Shown: positions 29,726-39,711, counted from the stretch's first letter. The stretch is 64,000 nt of DNA from Minisyncoccota bacterium (GCA_041664285.1 JBAYLA010000001.1:138092-202091); one strand, 5' to 3'. Notes: a model not told the origin generated them from the letters alone. Made by a program: numbers and translations.

Positions 29726-29812
29726 GGAGGCGTGGCTGAGTGGTTGAAGGCACCACTTTCGAAAAGTGGCATCGAGGAAACTTGATCGTGAGTTCAAATC
29801 TCACCGCCTCCG
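29726..29812 (+). tRNA. tRNA-Ser(CGA)
   Basis: GGAGGCG/CGCCTCC, CCACT-TTCGAAA-AGTGG, long variable arm, G73. Confidence 0.95.
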
Positions 29813-29843
29813 CAGAATATTTAAGATTTGGTATAATCAAACT

Positions 29844-31586
29844 ATGGATTCGGAAACAAAATCTATAAATTGTCAGAGTTGCAAAAAAGACTTCGTGATT
29901 ACATCTGATGATTTTAATTTCTATGAAAGAATGCAGGTTCCTCCACCAACTTTTTGCCCGCAATGCCGAGTGATTAGAAGAATGAGTTTCTTGAATGATC
30001 GGAATTTTTACAAGAGAAAGTGTGACAAAACTGGAAATATATGTGTTTCTTTATTTCCTGAAGATTTTAAAACTCCAGTTTATTCACCCAAAGCTTGGTG
30101 GGCTGATGACTGGGACGCTATTTCATATGGTCAAGATTATGATTTTTCTAAACCATTTTTCGAACAATTTAAAGAATTAATGAAAAAAGTTCCTCAATTC
30201 TCCATGCAAAGTCAGTATACTACTCTAATAAATAGTGAGTATACAATGATGGGAACTTACAACCGTAATTGTTTTATGGTTACGAATACAGAATATTGCG
30301 AGGACTGTGTTTACACCACCTATACTTCTCATAGTAATAATTGTTTGGATACATACATGTGTGACAGCTCAGAATTTTGTTGTGAATGTATTAATGTCAG
30401 AAAATGTAGTAAAGCTATTTTTAGTATAGATTGCGAAGATTGTTTCAATATTGCTTTTTCAAAAAACCTTAAAGGTTGTCATGATTGCTTCGGTTGTTTT
30501 AATTTAAGAAATAAATCCTATTATTTTTTTAACGAACAATTAACTCAAGAAGAATATCAAAAGAAATTAGATGAATACGACACTGGTTCAGAAAGAAATG
30601 TTTTAAATTTAATCAAAAGATTTAAAAAAGAAAATTTAAAATATCCTAAAAAGTTTATGGAGGGAACGAAAAATGTAAAAGTTTCTGGTAATTATCTATA
30701 TCAATCAAAGAAAGCTTTAACCTGTTTCGAATCGCTTGGACTTGAAGATTGTAAATATTGCCAATTTTGTTTTTTGAAGCCAACTCGTGACTCATACGAT
30801 ATGACCCAATGGGGAGGGAATGCTCGGTTTATCTATGATTGTATGGGGGCTGGAGACAATGAAAGTATGATTAAATTTTCGATTGACTGCTGGGCTCAAG
30901 GTTCGAATATAGAATATTCTTATCACATTGTTTCACCTAATGATGATTTATTTGGATGTATTGGTTTGAAACATAAAAGATATTGTATTTTAAATAAACA
31001 ATATACTAAAGAGGAATATGAAAAATTAATTCCCCAAATTAAGCAACATATGAATGATATGCCCTATGTTGATAAAAAGGGGAGAGTCTATAAATATGGA
31101 GAATTTTTCCCAAGCGAGCTATCTTTTTTTGGTTATAACGAAACATTAGCTTATAGTTATTTTCCATTAACCCAAAAGGAAGCAGAGGAAAAAGGTTTAA
31201 ATTGGACAGAAATAAAAATAAATAGACATGAAATAACGAAAAAATCTTCTGAATTACCAGACAATATAAAAGATGTTGACGATAGCATTTTAAATGAAAC
31301 TATTGAAGATGAAGTCAATAATCGACCTTACAAAATAACTGAACAAGAACTTAAAATTTTAAGGCGATTAAATGTTCCCTTGCCACGGAAACATTATAAT
31401 CAAAGACATTATGATCGCGTTGCCAAAAGAAATCCCATGCAACTCTGTGTTAGAACTTGCATGTGCGACAAGGGGAATCATTTTCATGGTGCTGAAAAAT
31501 GCGAAATAGAATTTGAAACATCATATTTACCTGATAGCCCAGAAATAGTTTATTGTGAAAAATGTTATCAACAAGAAGTTTACTAA
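29844..31586 (+). CDS. Cys-rich CPR-type protein, paralog 2
   Basis: CQSCKKDF, CPQCR, CFGCFNL, FGCIGL, YCEKCYQQEVY; start after TGGTATAAT. Confidence 0.85.
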   Translation: MDSETKSINCQSCKKDFVITSDDFNFYERMQVPPPTFCPQCRVIRRMSFLNDRNFYKRKCDKTGNICVSLFPEDFKTPVYSPKAWWADDWDAISYGQDYDFSKPFFEQFKELMKKVPQFSMQSQYTTLINSEYTMMGTYNRNCFMVTNTEYCEDCVYTTYTSHSNNCLDTYMCDSSEFCCECINVRKCSKAIFSIDCEDCFNIAFSKNLKGCHDCFGCFNLRNKSYYFFNEQLTQEEYQKKLDEYDTGSERNVLNLIKRFKKENLKYPKKFMEGTKNVKVSGNYLYQSKKALTCFESLGLEDCKYCQFCFLKPTRDSYDMTQWGGNARFIYDCMGAGDNESMIKFSIDCWAQGSNIEYSYHIVSPNDDLFGCIGLKHKRYCILNKQYTKEEYEKLIPQIKQHMNDMPYVDKKGRVYKYGEFFPSELSFFGYNETLAYSYFPLTQKEAEEKGLNWTEIKINRHEITKKSSELPDNIKDVDDSILNETIEDEVNNRPYKITEQELKILRRLNVPLPRKHYNQRHYDRVAKRNPMQLCVRTCMCDKGNHFHGAEKCEIEFETSYLPDSPEIVYCEKCYQQEVY

Positions 31587-31634
31587 CTAAATTATATATT
31601 CAAAATTATTCAGATATTGTCACAGCACCCACTT

Positions 31635-32561
31635 TTATTTAGTATGTATCGTTAAGTAAATATCTTCTACGGCACGGACGGCGTCACCAGCTGCTATGTT
31701 GTTTTGGTGATAGAGAATATTAGTACAATCACCAGCCGCCCAGATGCCTGGGGTTTCTGTTTTTTGGGACCAAGCGTCAATTTTTATTTTATTTATTTCA
31801 TCAAGTGGCACTAAAGTTTGTACGAAATCAGTATTTGGAATTTGTCCTACTTCTACGAAAATACCTGAAACTTTCAATTCTATTTCTTTTTCAGAAGTTT
31901 TTTCCTTGTAAACTATTCCTTCTACAAATTTATCACCTTGTATCTCTAAAATATCTATATTTTTTAATATTTTAATTTTTGGATTTTGTAAAACTTTTTG
32001 AACAGTAATTTGATCTGCACGAAAAGTATCACTGCGGTGTACTATGGTTACAGATTTACAATAAGCGACAAGTTGTGAAGCGGATTCAAAAGCGGCATTG
32101 CCTCCACCAACCACAACCACATCCATATCTGCAAAAAGAGGTCCGTCACAAGTGGCGCAGTAGGTGAGTCCTTTGTGTTCTAGTTTATCAGCATTTTTGA
32201 CGGTAAGTTTTCTGCGTCCGCTTCCAGTGGCAATTAAAATTGTTTTGGTTGAGAATTCTTGTCCAGATTCTGTTTTTACAGAAAAGTCATTAGGATTTTT
32301 TGTAATATTAGTTACTTTTTCTCCTTCTTTTACTTCTAGACTATCTCCTGTATTTTCTAAAACATGACTTTTTAAATTATCAGCCAATTCTGCACCAGAG
32401 ATAGAAGGAGTACCAATCCAATTATAAATTTTCTCGGACACAATACTTTGTCCGCCCCATTCTGAAGTAATAAAGAGTGTTTTTAGTCTCTTTCTAGAAG
32501 CGTAAACAGCGGCTGCGCTTCCAGCCGGTCCACCTCCTATAATTATTAAATCGTATGTCAT
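31635..32561 (-). CDS. trxB: Thioredoxin reductase-like FAD oxidoreductase
   Basis: IIGGGPAG, ATGS, YCATCDG, VGGGNAA, AAGD. Confidence 0.88.
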   Translation of the reverse strand: MTYDLIIIGGGPAGSAAAVYASRKRLKTLFITSEWGGQSIVSEKIYNWIGTPSISGAELADNLKSHVLENTGDSLEVKEGEKVTNITKNPNDFSVKTESGQEFSTKTILIATGSGRRKLTVKNADKLEHKGLTYCATCDGPLFADMDVVVVGGGNAAFESASQLVAYCKSVTIVHRSDTFRADQITVQKVLQNPKIKILKNIDILEIQGDKFVEGIVYKEKTSEKEIELKVSGIFVEVGQIPNTDFVQTLVPLDEINKIKIDAWSQKTETPGIWAAGDCTNILYHQNNIAAGDAVRAVEDIYLTIHTK

Positions 32562-32578
32562 CTTTTTATTATACACTA

Positions 32579-32697
32579 GAAATAGAAATTAAAATCAAAC
32601 TTTTTCCGGTACGGATTTTTTTCTGATGAAAAAAATCCTGAAGTTCTCGCGCCGTCGCACTCGAAACCCCCCAAAAGTTTATTTTAATTTCTATTTC
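32579..32697 (-). repeat. Family A structured repeat, copy 1
   Basis: Minus-strand core GGGGTTTCGAGTGCGACGGCGCGAGAACTTCAGGATTTTTTT...AAAAAAATCCGTACC in AT-rich inverted arms. Confidence 0.9.
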
Positions 32698-33902
32698 TTA
32701 TTACGTCGTAAAAATGCTGGAACAGCGCTCCAGTCATCACCATCATCTTCAATAATTTCTTCCTTAACTTCTTTCTTTTCCATTTTCTTAATAAAATCAT
32801 TGTTACCTACACTTCCATTTTGTCTCCCGTTCTGCATATTATTTTGGATACTATTATTTATTTCTTTTTTTATTACCACTGGAGTTTCGTCTTTGAGAAG
32901 TTGGCCTACTACTGCCCCACTGTTAAAAAGATTTTTGCGAGGCATATCAGCAGGGAACGAGGTTGCTATCACGGTAACTTTTATTTCTCCCTTTTTCAAC
33001 TTTTCATCACGAATTGTTCCGAAGATTACTTTCGCATCTTTGTCGATTGATTCAGTAATTATTTTTGCGGCTTCTTGAATTTCATTAATAGTCAAATCAT
33101 CGCCACCAGAGATAGCGAAGAGCACCCCTTTCGCGCCGTGAATAGAAACTTCCAAGAGAGGAGAATTAATAGCAGCCAAAGCAGCTTTTTCAGCTCGCTT
33201 TTCTCCAGAAGCATTACCAATACCCATCAGAGCTGAACCAGCATTTGCCATGACAGCTTTAATATCTGCAAAATCAACATTAATGATACCCGGAGTAGTA
33301 ATTAAATCAGAAATACCTTCAACTGCTTGACGTAATACATCATCGCATTTAACAAAAGCATCTTTGAAATTAGTATTTTTATCAGCCAATTGGAGTAATT
33401 TATCGTTTGGAATAATAATGATAGCATCAACTTCTTTAGCCAAATCATCAATTCCTTTCTCGGCTATTTTCATTCGGTGATTTCCTTCAAAGAAGAAAGG
33501 TTTGGTTGTGACCGCTACAGTCAAGATACCTTGTTCTCTAGCTGCGCGAGCCACGATCGGAGCAGCGCCTGTCCCAGTACCTCCTCCCATTCCACAAGCT
33601 AGAAAAATCATGTCTGCTCCTTTGATGACATCTTGGATTTCAGACTTTGTTTCTTCAGCTGCTTTTTTTCCAACTTCTGGATCCATCCCAGCACCAAGAC
33701 CTTTTGTAAGATTTTTTCCTATATGAATTTTTTTCTCAGCCAGAGAGTGGTGTAAGTCTTGAGTATCTGTATTCATGCAAATAAAGGTGACCCCTTTAAC
33801 TTTAGAATTTATCATGTGGTTTACTGCATTCTTTCCAGAACCCCCGATTCCGATGACCATAATACGAGCAAAACTTTGTATTTCTTGATTTATTTTTGGC
33901 AT
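32691..33902 (-). CDS. ftsZ: Cell division protein FtsZ
   Basis: GLGAG, GMGGGTGTGAAP, INVDFAD, C-terminal VPAFLRR. Confidence 0.98.
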   Translation of the reverse strand: MPKINQEIQSFARIMVIGIGGSGKNAVNHMINSKVKGVTFICMNTDTQDLHHSLAEKKIHIGKNLTKGLGAGMDPEVGKKAAEETKSEIQDVIKGADMIFLACGMGGGTGTGAAPIVARAAREQGILTVAVTTKPFFFEGNHRMKIAEKGIDDLAKEVDAIIIIPNDKLLQLADKNTNFKDAFVKCDDVLRQAVEGISDLITTPGIINVDFADIKAVMANAGSALMGIGNASGEKRAEKAALAAINSPLLEVSIHGAKGVLFAISGGDDLTINEIQEAAKIITESIDKDAKVIFGTIRDEKLKKGEIKVTVIATSFPADMPRKNLFNSGAVVGQLLKDETPVVIKKEINNSIQNNMQNGRQNGSVGNNDFIKKMEKKEVKEEIIEDDGDDWSAVPAFLRRNKK

Positions 33903-34061
33903 ATTTTTTAAAAAATTAATCCCTCGCTTTTGCTCGGGATCCCGACCTTAGGTCAGGACTTGTATGGAAACACACTACCACTAGAGCAAAAAAAAGCAAA
34001 CCAATTAAGTTCTGGTAATTATGTTCTAGTTTCTGGTCACTAGTATCTAACACTTAATTTC

Positions 34062-35225
34062 CTATGGCAAGAGTTGTTTTAAATTTGATGTTAAGATGTT
34101 TTTTAAATCTTTGAAAAAGTTTTTTAAGGTATCTTCTCCATAACTACCACCATCTTTATTAGAAATTAGAAGACCAATTACGTTTAGATAAGCCCCATCT
34201 CGGAGTTTTGTTTTTGTGTTGCCAAAAATTTCAGTTGACCCAATACTGGAAGGAAGTTTTAAAATTGATTTTGATAATTCTGCTAAAAGGGGAGTATTGG
34301 CACCACCACCGACAAAAACAATACCAGCTGGTAAAAGTTCTGACCTCTTTATTTTTTTTAAATTATTTTCTATTGATTCAAAAATATCACAAAGTCGTGC
34401 CTCGATTATTTCATCAAGTTTTTTCTTTGAAAACTCTTCCGTATTGTTTCCAAGTTTTAAAGCTTCTGCTTTTTCCAACGAAATTTTAAAACCAAGAGCG
34501 AGGTCGTTAGTTATTTTAGTTGAACCGATTGAAAAAGTTGTAATCGACATCAAGGATCCATTTTCAAAGACAGATAGCGAAGTTGTTTGATCCCCGATAT
34601 CAACTAATGCCACTCCAACGATTTTTTGTCTCTCAGACAAGGCAATATTACTAATAGCTAAAGGGGAGGCGATGACATCTATGGTGGCGACTCCAGCTTC
34701 AGCAATAGCTCCAAGTAAATCTTCTAAATGTATAATAGAATAGGTAACAAAAAGAGCTTTTGCCTCAAGCTTTGTTCCCGTCATTCCTTCAAGTCTACCA
34801 AACACTTCTTTTCCATCAAGGCGAAAAGTCTGTGGAAATATATGAATAATTTTTTTATTACCTAAGTTTAGATTATCTTCACAATCCTTTAGTGCCTTAT
34901 TAATGTCGAGAGTTGTTACTTCACCATCTGCTTTTGAAACTATTGTTCCACCAGAACTTACCTCACTCTTCAGAGTAGCGCCCGAAAGGGAAACGAAACA
35001 ACGTTTAATTTTTAGACCAGAAGTTTTCTCTGCTAAGGCAACTGCATTTTTTACAGAGGTAGCAACGAGAGAAGAATCTACCACGTAGCCGTATCGCATA
35101 CCTAATGTTGGGCTTTCACCCACGCCAATAATTTTAGGATTTTTTTCTCCTTTTAGAAATTCTCCGACCACAACTCGCGTCATGGAAGATCCCACGTCTA
35201 TTCCCACTGAAATATTTCTGATCAT
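34062..35225 (-). CDS. ftsA: Cell division protein FtsA
   Basis: VGIDVGSS, LVDIG, IT.DL, EIIEARL, VGGGA; adjacent to ftsZ. Confidence 0.93.
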   Translation of the reverse strand: MIRNISVGIDVGSSMTRVVVGEFLKGEKNPKIIGVGESPTLGMRYGYVVDSSLVATSVKNAVALAEKTSGLKIKRCFVSLSGATLKSEVSSGGTIVSKADGEVTTLDINKALKDCEDNLNLGNKKIIHIFPQTFRLDGKEVFGRLEGMTGTKLEAKALFVTYSIIHLEDLLGAIAEAGVATIDVIASPLAISNIALSERQKIVGVALVDIGDQTTSLSVFENGSLMSITTFSIGSTKITNDLALGFKISLEKAEALKLGNNTEEFSKKKLDEIIEARLCDIFESIENNLKKIKRSELLPAGIVFVGGGANTPLLAELSKSILKLPSSIGSTEIFGNTKTKLRDGAYLNVIGLLISNKDGGSYGEDTLKNFFKDLKNILTSNLKQLLP

Positions 35226-35541
35226 ATTTTTCCTCTAGTCTCTCCATTGTACTACTATGTTCGAAACCTTTCAAATGAAGCATTCCGTGGATAACTAAAA
35301 AGCCTAAAAATTGATCGAAAGTTCTTCCAAATTTTTTTGCTCCTTTTTTGATTACAGCAGGGCAGAGTATAATTTCACCCACATTTGTGCGAAGAGGAAA
35401 AGATAGGATATTGGTAGCTTTATCTATCTTCCTATATTTTTTATTTATTTTTCTAGATGTTCTCTCATCAACACAGGCAATTGACAGGGAATAGTTTTTT
35501 CCCAAAATATCATTTTTCATTATTGAAAAATCATCCTCCAT
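35134..35541 (-). CDS. ybeY: Endoribonuclease YbeY
   Basis: N.KYR..DKATNILSFP, GEIILC, IHGMLHLKGFEH. Confidence 0.9.
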   Translation of the reverse strand: MEDDFSIMKNDILGKNYSLSIACVDERTSRKINKKYRKIDKATNILSFPLRTNVGEIILCPAVIKKGAKKFGRTFDQFLGFLVIHGMLHLKGFEHSSTMERLEEKYDQKYFSGNRRGIFHDASCGRRISKRRKKS

Positions 35542-35543
35542 GT

Positions 35544-35777
35544 TTATTTAGTTACCATTTTGCCGAGCTTTTTGAGTTTCTCTATTTCTTTTCTTCTTTC
35601 GAGTTTCTTCAGAGCACTTTTTTTATTTTTAAGTTTTGACTCTTTTCTTAAATTATAGCGAGCACCTTTAACTTTACGGATAATACCGGACTCTTGAATT
35701 CTGCGCGAAAAGCGACGCAAAACGCTTGCATTATTTTCATTTGGATTTTTCTTCACTTCGATTACTGTTTTTGCCAT
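35544..35777 (-). CDS. rpsU: Ribosomal protein bS21
   Basis: VKK..NE...VLRRFSR..QESGI, highly basic. Confidence 0.8.
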   Translation of the reverse strand: MAKTVIEVKKNPNENNASVLRRFSRRIQESGIIRKVKGARYNLRKESKLKNKKSALKKLERRKEIEKLKKLGKMVTK

Positions 35778-35903
35778 ATGGTTACAAGATTAGCATAATT
35801 TTTTTTTAAAGCAAGCATGCATACTTAAATTTCAAGTGTCTAAGCAAGTATTTCTTCCTTTTTTTATTGACTTTTTTACAAAAAAAGATAATATTAGAAA
35901 ATT

Positions 35904-36371
35904 ATGCAACAAGCAGGAGATTATATAACTGAAGAAAAAAGGCAAATGCTTTTGGTAGAGTTGGCAGACCTTAAGGGGCCAAAAAGAAAAGAAATTCTAA
36001 AAAGTTTAGAGTATTCCAAGTCATTGGGTGACTTATCAGAAAATGCCGAATATCATCAAGCTCGTGAAGATCAAGGCAAATTAGAAGCACGAATTGTTAA
36101 AATAGAACAAATTTTACAATCTTCCCAAACGGTCAAAGGGGGTGGAGGAGATATCATCGAAATTGGCTCTAAAGTAGTTGTTCAGAAAAAGGGAACAAAA
36201 GATGAGAAAAAATATGTTATAGTAGGTTCAGAGGAAGCAGACATGAAAGTAGGGAAGATTTCTAATCGATCACCCTTTGGTACTGCGCTTTTTGGTAAAA
36301 AGAAAGGCGACAATGTTTCATTTAAAACTCCCAATGGTTTGGTTAATTATGAAATCATAAATGTTTCCTAA
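35904..36371 (+). CDS. greA: Transcription elongation factor GreA
   Basis: GDLSENAEY, IVGSEEAD..GKIS..SP.G.AL. Confidence 0.95.
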   Translation: MQQAGDYITEEKRQMLLVELADLKGPKRKEILKSLEYSKSLGDLSENAEYHQAREDQGKLEARIVKIEQILQSSQTVKGGGGDIIEIGSKVVVQKKGTKDEKKYVIVGSEEADMKVGKISNRSPFGTALFGKKKGDNVSFKTPNGLVNYEIINVS

Positions 36372-36383
36372 GCTGAAAAAATT

Positions 36384-37844
36384 ATGTCTTCAATTGATGA
36401 AATTAGGGACGCTAGAATAAAAAAACTTAAACTCTTAGAAAGTAGAGGATATAAGGCATATCCAGCAGATTCTTTGAGAGAAATTTCTCTGAAAGAGGCA
36501 TTTGATAATTTTGAAAATCTTGAAAAAGGTAAAGAAACAAAATGGATTGCAGGCAGAATAATGTCTATTCGTGGACAGGGGGCTATTGTTTTTATTACCT
36601 TAAATGATGGAACTGGAACTTTTCAAGGATTACTAAAAAAAGATATTCTCGGTGATGAAAAATTTAATTTTTGGAATGATGTCGTTGACATCGGAGACTT
36701 TGTAGAGACACAAGGAACTTTCTTTACCACAAAAAGAGGAGAGAAGACACTTGAGGTAAAAGATTGGCACATGCTTTCAAAAAGTTTGAGACCTCTACCT
36801 GAAAAATGGCATGGCTTAGTGGACGTAGAAGAAAGATTCCGAAAAAGATATTTAGATATTTTAATGAACCCGGAGATGAAAGAGCTTTTTGAGAAGAAGG
36901 CAAAATTTTGGGATGTGACTCGTAATTTTCTGAAAAAAGAAAATTTTCTAGAAGTTGAAACTCCAACCCTAGAAGTGACCACAGGCGGAGCAGAAGCGAG
37001 ACCTTTTGGAACTCACCATAATGATTTTGATATGGATGTCTATATGCGTATTTCAGTCGGGGAACTCTGGCAGAAGAGATTGATGACGGCTGGGTTTCCT
37101 AGAACTTTTGAAATAGGTAGAGTTTATAGGAATGAGGGAGGAAGCCCAGAGCACACCCAAGAATTCACCAATATGGAATTCTACGCCTCTTTTATGAACA
37201 TAAACGAAGGGAAAAAATTGGTCAGAGATTTGTATATAAAAATAGCGAAGGAAGTTTTTGGAAAAACTGAATTTGAAACTAGAGGACATAAATTTAATTT
37301 GAGCGGGGATTGGGGAGAAATAGATTATGTAGAAGAAATCAAAAAACAAACAGGAATTGATGTCTTGGAGGATTCAGAGGAAAAAATGGAAAAGACATTA
37401 AAGAAATTGAAAGTAGAGTTTCAGGGAAAAAATAGAGAGAGAATGACTGACTCACTTTGGAAATTTTGTCGCAAGAATATTTCTGGTCCGGTGTTTCTTG
37501 TAAATCATCCCAAGCTCGTTGCTCCTCTTTCCAAAGAAAATGGGGAAGACAATCGAAAAACAGAAATGTTTCAAGTGATTATTGCTGGAAGTGAGATCGG
37601 GAGAGCTCATGCAGAATTAAATGACCCTGTTGATCAGAAAAAAAGGTTTGACGAACAGAAGAAATTGATTGAAGGAGGGGATAAAGAAGCGATGATGTCT
37701 GATATGGAATTTGTGGAGATGCTTGAATATGGCATGCCCCCATGTTTCGGTTTCGGTTTCGGTGAAAGGTTCTTTGCTTTTCTGGTAGATAAACCGATTC
37801 GCGAAATTCAGCTATTCCCCCTAATGAGACCGGTTAAAGATTAA
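36384..37844 (+). CDS. lysS: Lysine--tRNA ligase (class II)
   Basis: PEKWHGL, RYLD, GGAEARPF, YRNEG, ELNDP, EYGMPP. Confidence 0.96.
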   Translation: MSSIDEIRDARIKKLKLLESRGYKAYPADSLREISLKEAFDNFENLEKGKETKWIAGRIMSIRGQGAIVFITLNDGTGTFQGLLKKDILGDEKFNFWNDVVDIGDFVETQGTFFTTKRGEKTLEVKDWHMLSKSLRPLPEKWHGLVDVEERFRKRYLDILMNPEMKELFEKKAKFWDVTRNFLKKENFLEVETPTLEVTTGGAEARPFGTHHNDFDMDVYMRISVGELWQKRLMTAGFPRTFEIGRVYRNEGGSPEHTQEFTNMEFYASFMNINEGKKLVRDLYIKIAKEVFGKTEFETRGHKFNLSGDWGEIDYVEEIKKQTGIDVLEDSEEKMEKTLKKLKVEFQGKNRERMTDSLWKFCRKNISGPVFLVNHPKLVAPLSKENGEDNRKTEMFQVIIAGSEIGRAHAELNDPVDQKKRFDEQKKLIEGGDKEAMMSDMEFVEMLEYGMPPCFGFGFGERFFAFLVDKPIREIQLFPLMRPVKD

Positions 37845-37853
37845 ATAATAATA

Positions 37854-37885
37854 TTAAAAAACCACCAAATTGGTGGTTTTTTAAT
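37854..37885. terminator. Bidirectional intrinsic terminator after lysS
   Basis: aaaaaaccacca-aat-tggtggtttttt. Confidence 0.8.
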
Positions 37886-38091
37886 ATATACCCTTCACTT
37901 TGTTCAAGGTCCTCAATTTTCTAGTTTTTCTTCAAAAAACGAAATTTGGGAGTTATCAACACCTAGTAGTCCCTCACAATATAATAACTGAAAAATATAA
38001 ATACTATCCATATAACATAAAAGATACTATTGAATCCAAAAAACATTTTGCAAAATGTATACTTATGGTATACTTAAAAGTAATATTTAAT

Positions 38092-38550
38092 ATGGTTAAA
38101 CATAAAGCAAAACCAGCAGATGAACCGCATGATTCTCAAGAGAATGATGAATCAAAAGCAAAAACTGTTCCACTTTTTTCGGGGATTAGTGATGCTATTT
38201 CTGATGAAGCATTAGAAGACCATAAAGTTGCAAAAGTAATAGCAAAAACAGCTCTTTCAGAAAACAAGCGATTGGAAAAAGAAATAATTGAACTAAAAAA
38301 TTATAAAGACCAATATTATGAAAAAAAAGAAGAATCGGCAGTTTTATCAACACAAATAAATCAGCAAGGAGAATCTATAGGAGTTCGCAATTTATTTTTT
38401 ACTATAGGAGGTCTACTTGGAGGTCTTTTGTTTGTTGCAGACATGGCTTCTTATCGCTTAGGATTTGGTATTGGTTGTATAGCATGTTTTATTGTGGCTA
38501 TGTTAAAACCAGATTTCAAAATTAGCAGTTTTTGGAAAAGAGAAAAATAG
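38092..38550 (+). CDS. Hypothetical coiled-coil protein with two C-terminal TMs
   Basis: Coiled coil, then LFFTIGGLLGGLLF / LGFGIGCIACFIVAML. Confidence 0.7.
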   Translation: MVKHKAKPADEPHDSQENDESKAKTVPLFSGISDAISDEALEDHKVAKVIAKTALSENKRLEKEIIELKNYKDQYYEKKEESAVLSTQINQQGESIGVRNLFFTIGGLLGGLLFVADMASYRLGFGIGCIACFIVAMLKPDFKISSFWKREK

Positions 38551-38552
38551 TT

Positions 38553-38927
38553 ATGAATATAAAAATATCAGGAATTGAAAATAGAGGAGATTTAGAAAAA
38601 GAACGAATTGTCTTTAATGTTTTGGCTGATGATGACGCAGGAAGATATATCGTTTTAAAAAGTAGAAAAATAGGGGAAGATAAAGTTTCTGTAAAACCGA
38701 GTGCTATTTTATGGTTTACAGATCAAGAAGTTAAAAAAGATGATTTTGTTATTCTTTATACAAAAAAAGGTATATATAAATCAAGTAAAAACGAGGCAGG
38801 GAATACTTCTCACTTTTTTTATTGGGATAAAGAAACACCAATTTGGAACAACGATAATGATGCTGTTGTTTTAGTAAATGCAAATACTTGGGAGTTTAAG
38901 TTCTTAAAAGAAAAGGAGAATGCCTAG
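38553..38927 (+). CDS. Hypothetical beta-rich protein (possibly lamin-tail-like)
   Basis: I.NRGDLEKERIV, VILYTK.G, HFFYW, IWN; coupled to upstream gene. Confidence 0.7.
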   Translation: MNIKISGIENRGDLEKERIVFNVLADDDAGRYIVLKSRKIGEDKVSVKPSAILWFTDQEVKKDDFVILYTKKGIYKSSKNEAGNTSHFFYWDKETPIWNNDNDAVVLVNANTWEFKFLKEKENA

Positions 38928-39042
38928 ACATGATCTTATAAACGCCCTTAAGCGTGCAATAAACTAATAAAAAAGACTAAATAATACTAGTAAAAAACGG
39001 AAGAAAAACTTCCGTTTTTTTTATCGTTAAAACCAATAAAAG

Positions 39043-39127
39043 TTATCCACAGGCGGGGCTTGGTGTTATTTTTGCCTGTGGTTTATAATGTTAACTAAGT
39101 GGGAAAAAGTGGGAAATCTGTGTATAA
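39043..39127 (+). promoter_or_regulatory. mraZ promoter with MraZ boxes and two DnaA boxes
   Basis: TTATCCACA 39043; TATAAT 39084; GTGGG at 39099 and 39109; TGTGTATAA 39119. Confidence 0.75.
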
Positions 39128-39147
39128 GTTATTTTTAATAAAAAATT

Positions 39148-39585
39148 ATGTTAATCGGAGAATACATACATACCATAGATGAGAAGAATAGAATTTCCAT
39201 GCCGGCAAAGTTTCGTAAAGAACTCGGCAAGAAAATTATTATTACTCCGGGATTAGAAAAATGTTTATTTATTTTCACTTTGAAGGAATGGGAGAAGGTA
39301 AGCAAGAAACTTTCAAATTCAAATACAGAACTTTCTTTTCTGAAAGCGGATCAAAGAAATTTTAATAGATATATGTTCGGACGGGCAGCAGAAGTGGAGA
39401 TAGATTCAATTGGAAGAATTTTGATACCAGATTTTTTGAAAGACAGAATTGGATTAAAGAATACAGCAGCGTTAATTGGAGTAGAGGATAGGGTAGAAGT
39501 TTGGAACGATAAGGTTTGGTCGCAGAGCCAGGAAGCTATATCTAAGCAAGCGGGAGAGTTGGCGGAAAAGCTTGGAAATAGTTAG
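39148..39585 (+). CDS. mraZ: Transcriptional regulator MraZ
   Basis: GEY.HTIDEKNRIS.PAKFR, D..GRILIP, VEVW. Confidence 0.96.
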   Translation: MLIGEYIHTIDEKNRISMPAKFRKELGKKIIITPGLEKCLFIFTLKEWEKVSKKLSNSNTELSFLKADQRNFNRYMFGRAAEVEIDSIGRILIPDFLKDRIGLKNTAALIGVEDRVEVWNDKVWSQSQEAISKQAGELAEKLGNS

Positions 39586-39598
39586 TTAGTAAGAAGTG

Positions 39599-39702
39599 AT
39601 CTTCGAAAGCATAATTTAGGGGGTTTCGAGGCTGTCGAGCCGAGAACTTCAGGATTTTTTAAGCTTCAAAAAATCTGTACCCTAAATTATGCTTTCGAAG
39701 AT
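39599..39702 (+). repeat. Family A structured repeat, copy 2
   Basis: Core GGGGTTTCGAGGCTGTCGAGCCGAGAACTTCAGGATTTTTTAAGCTTCAAAAAATCTGTACC in a perfect 23-bp inverted repeat. Confidence 0.92.
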
Positions 39703-39711
39703 AAGAAAATT

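Noticed and set aside
32626-33078. ORF starting inside family A repeat copy 1
   Set aside because: Antisense to ftsZ; its start lies in the non-conserved loop of the repeat.
39043-39127. Chromosomal origin oriC
   Set aside because: Only two DnaA boxes, no dnaA/dnaN nearby; better explained as promoter regulation.
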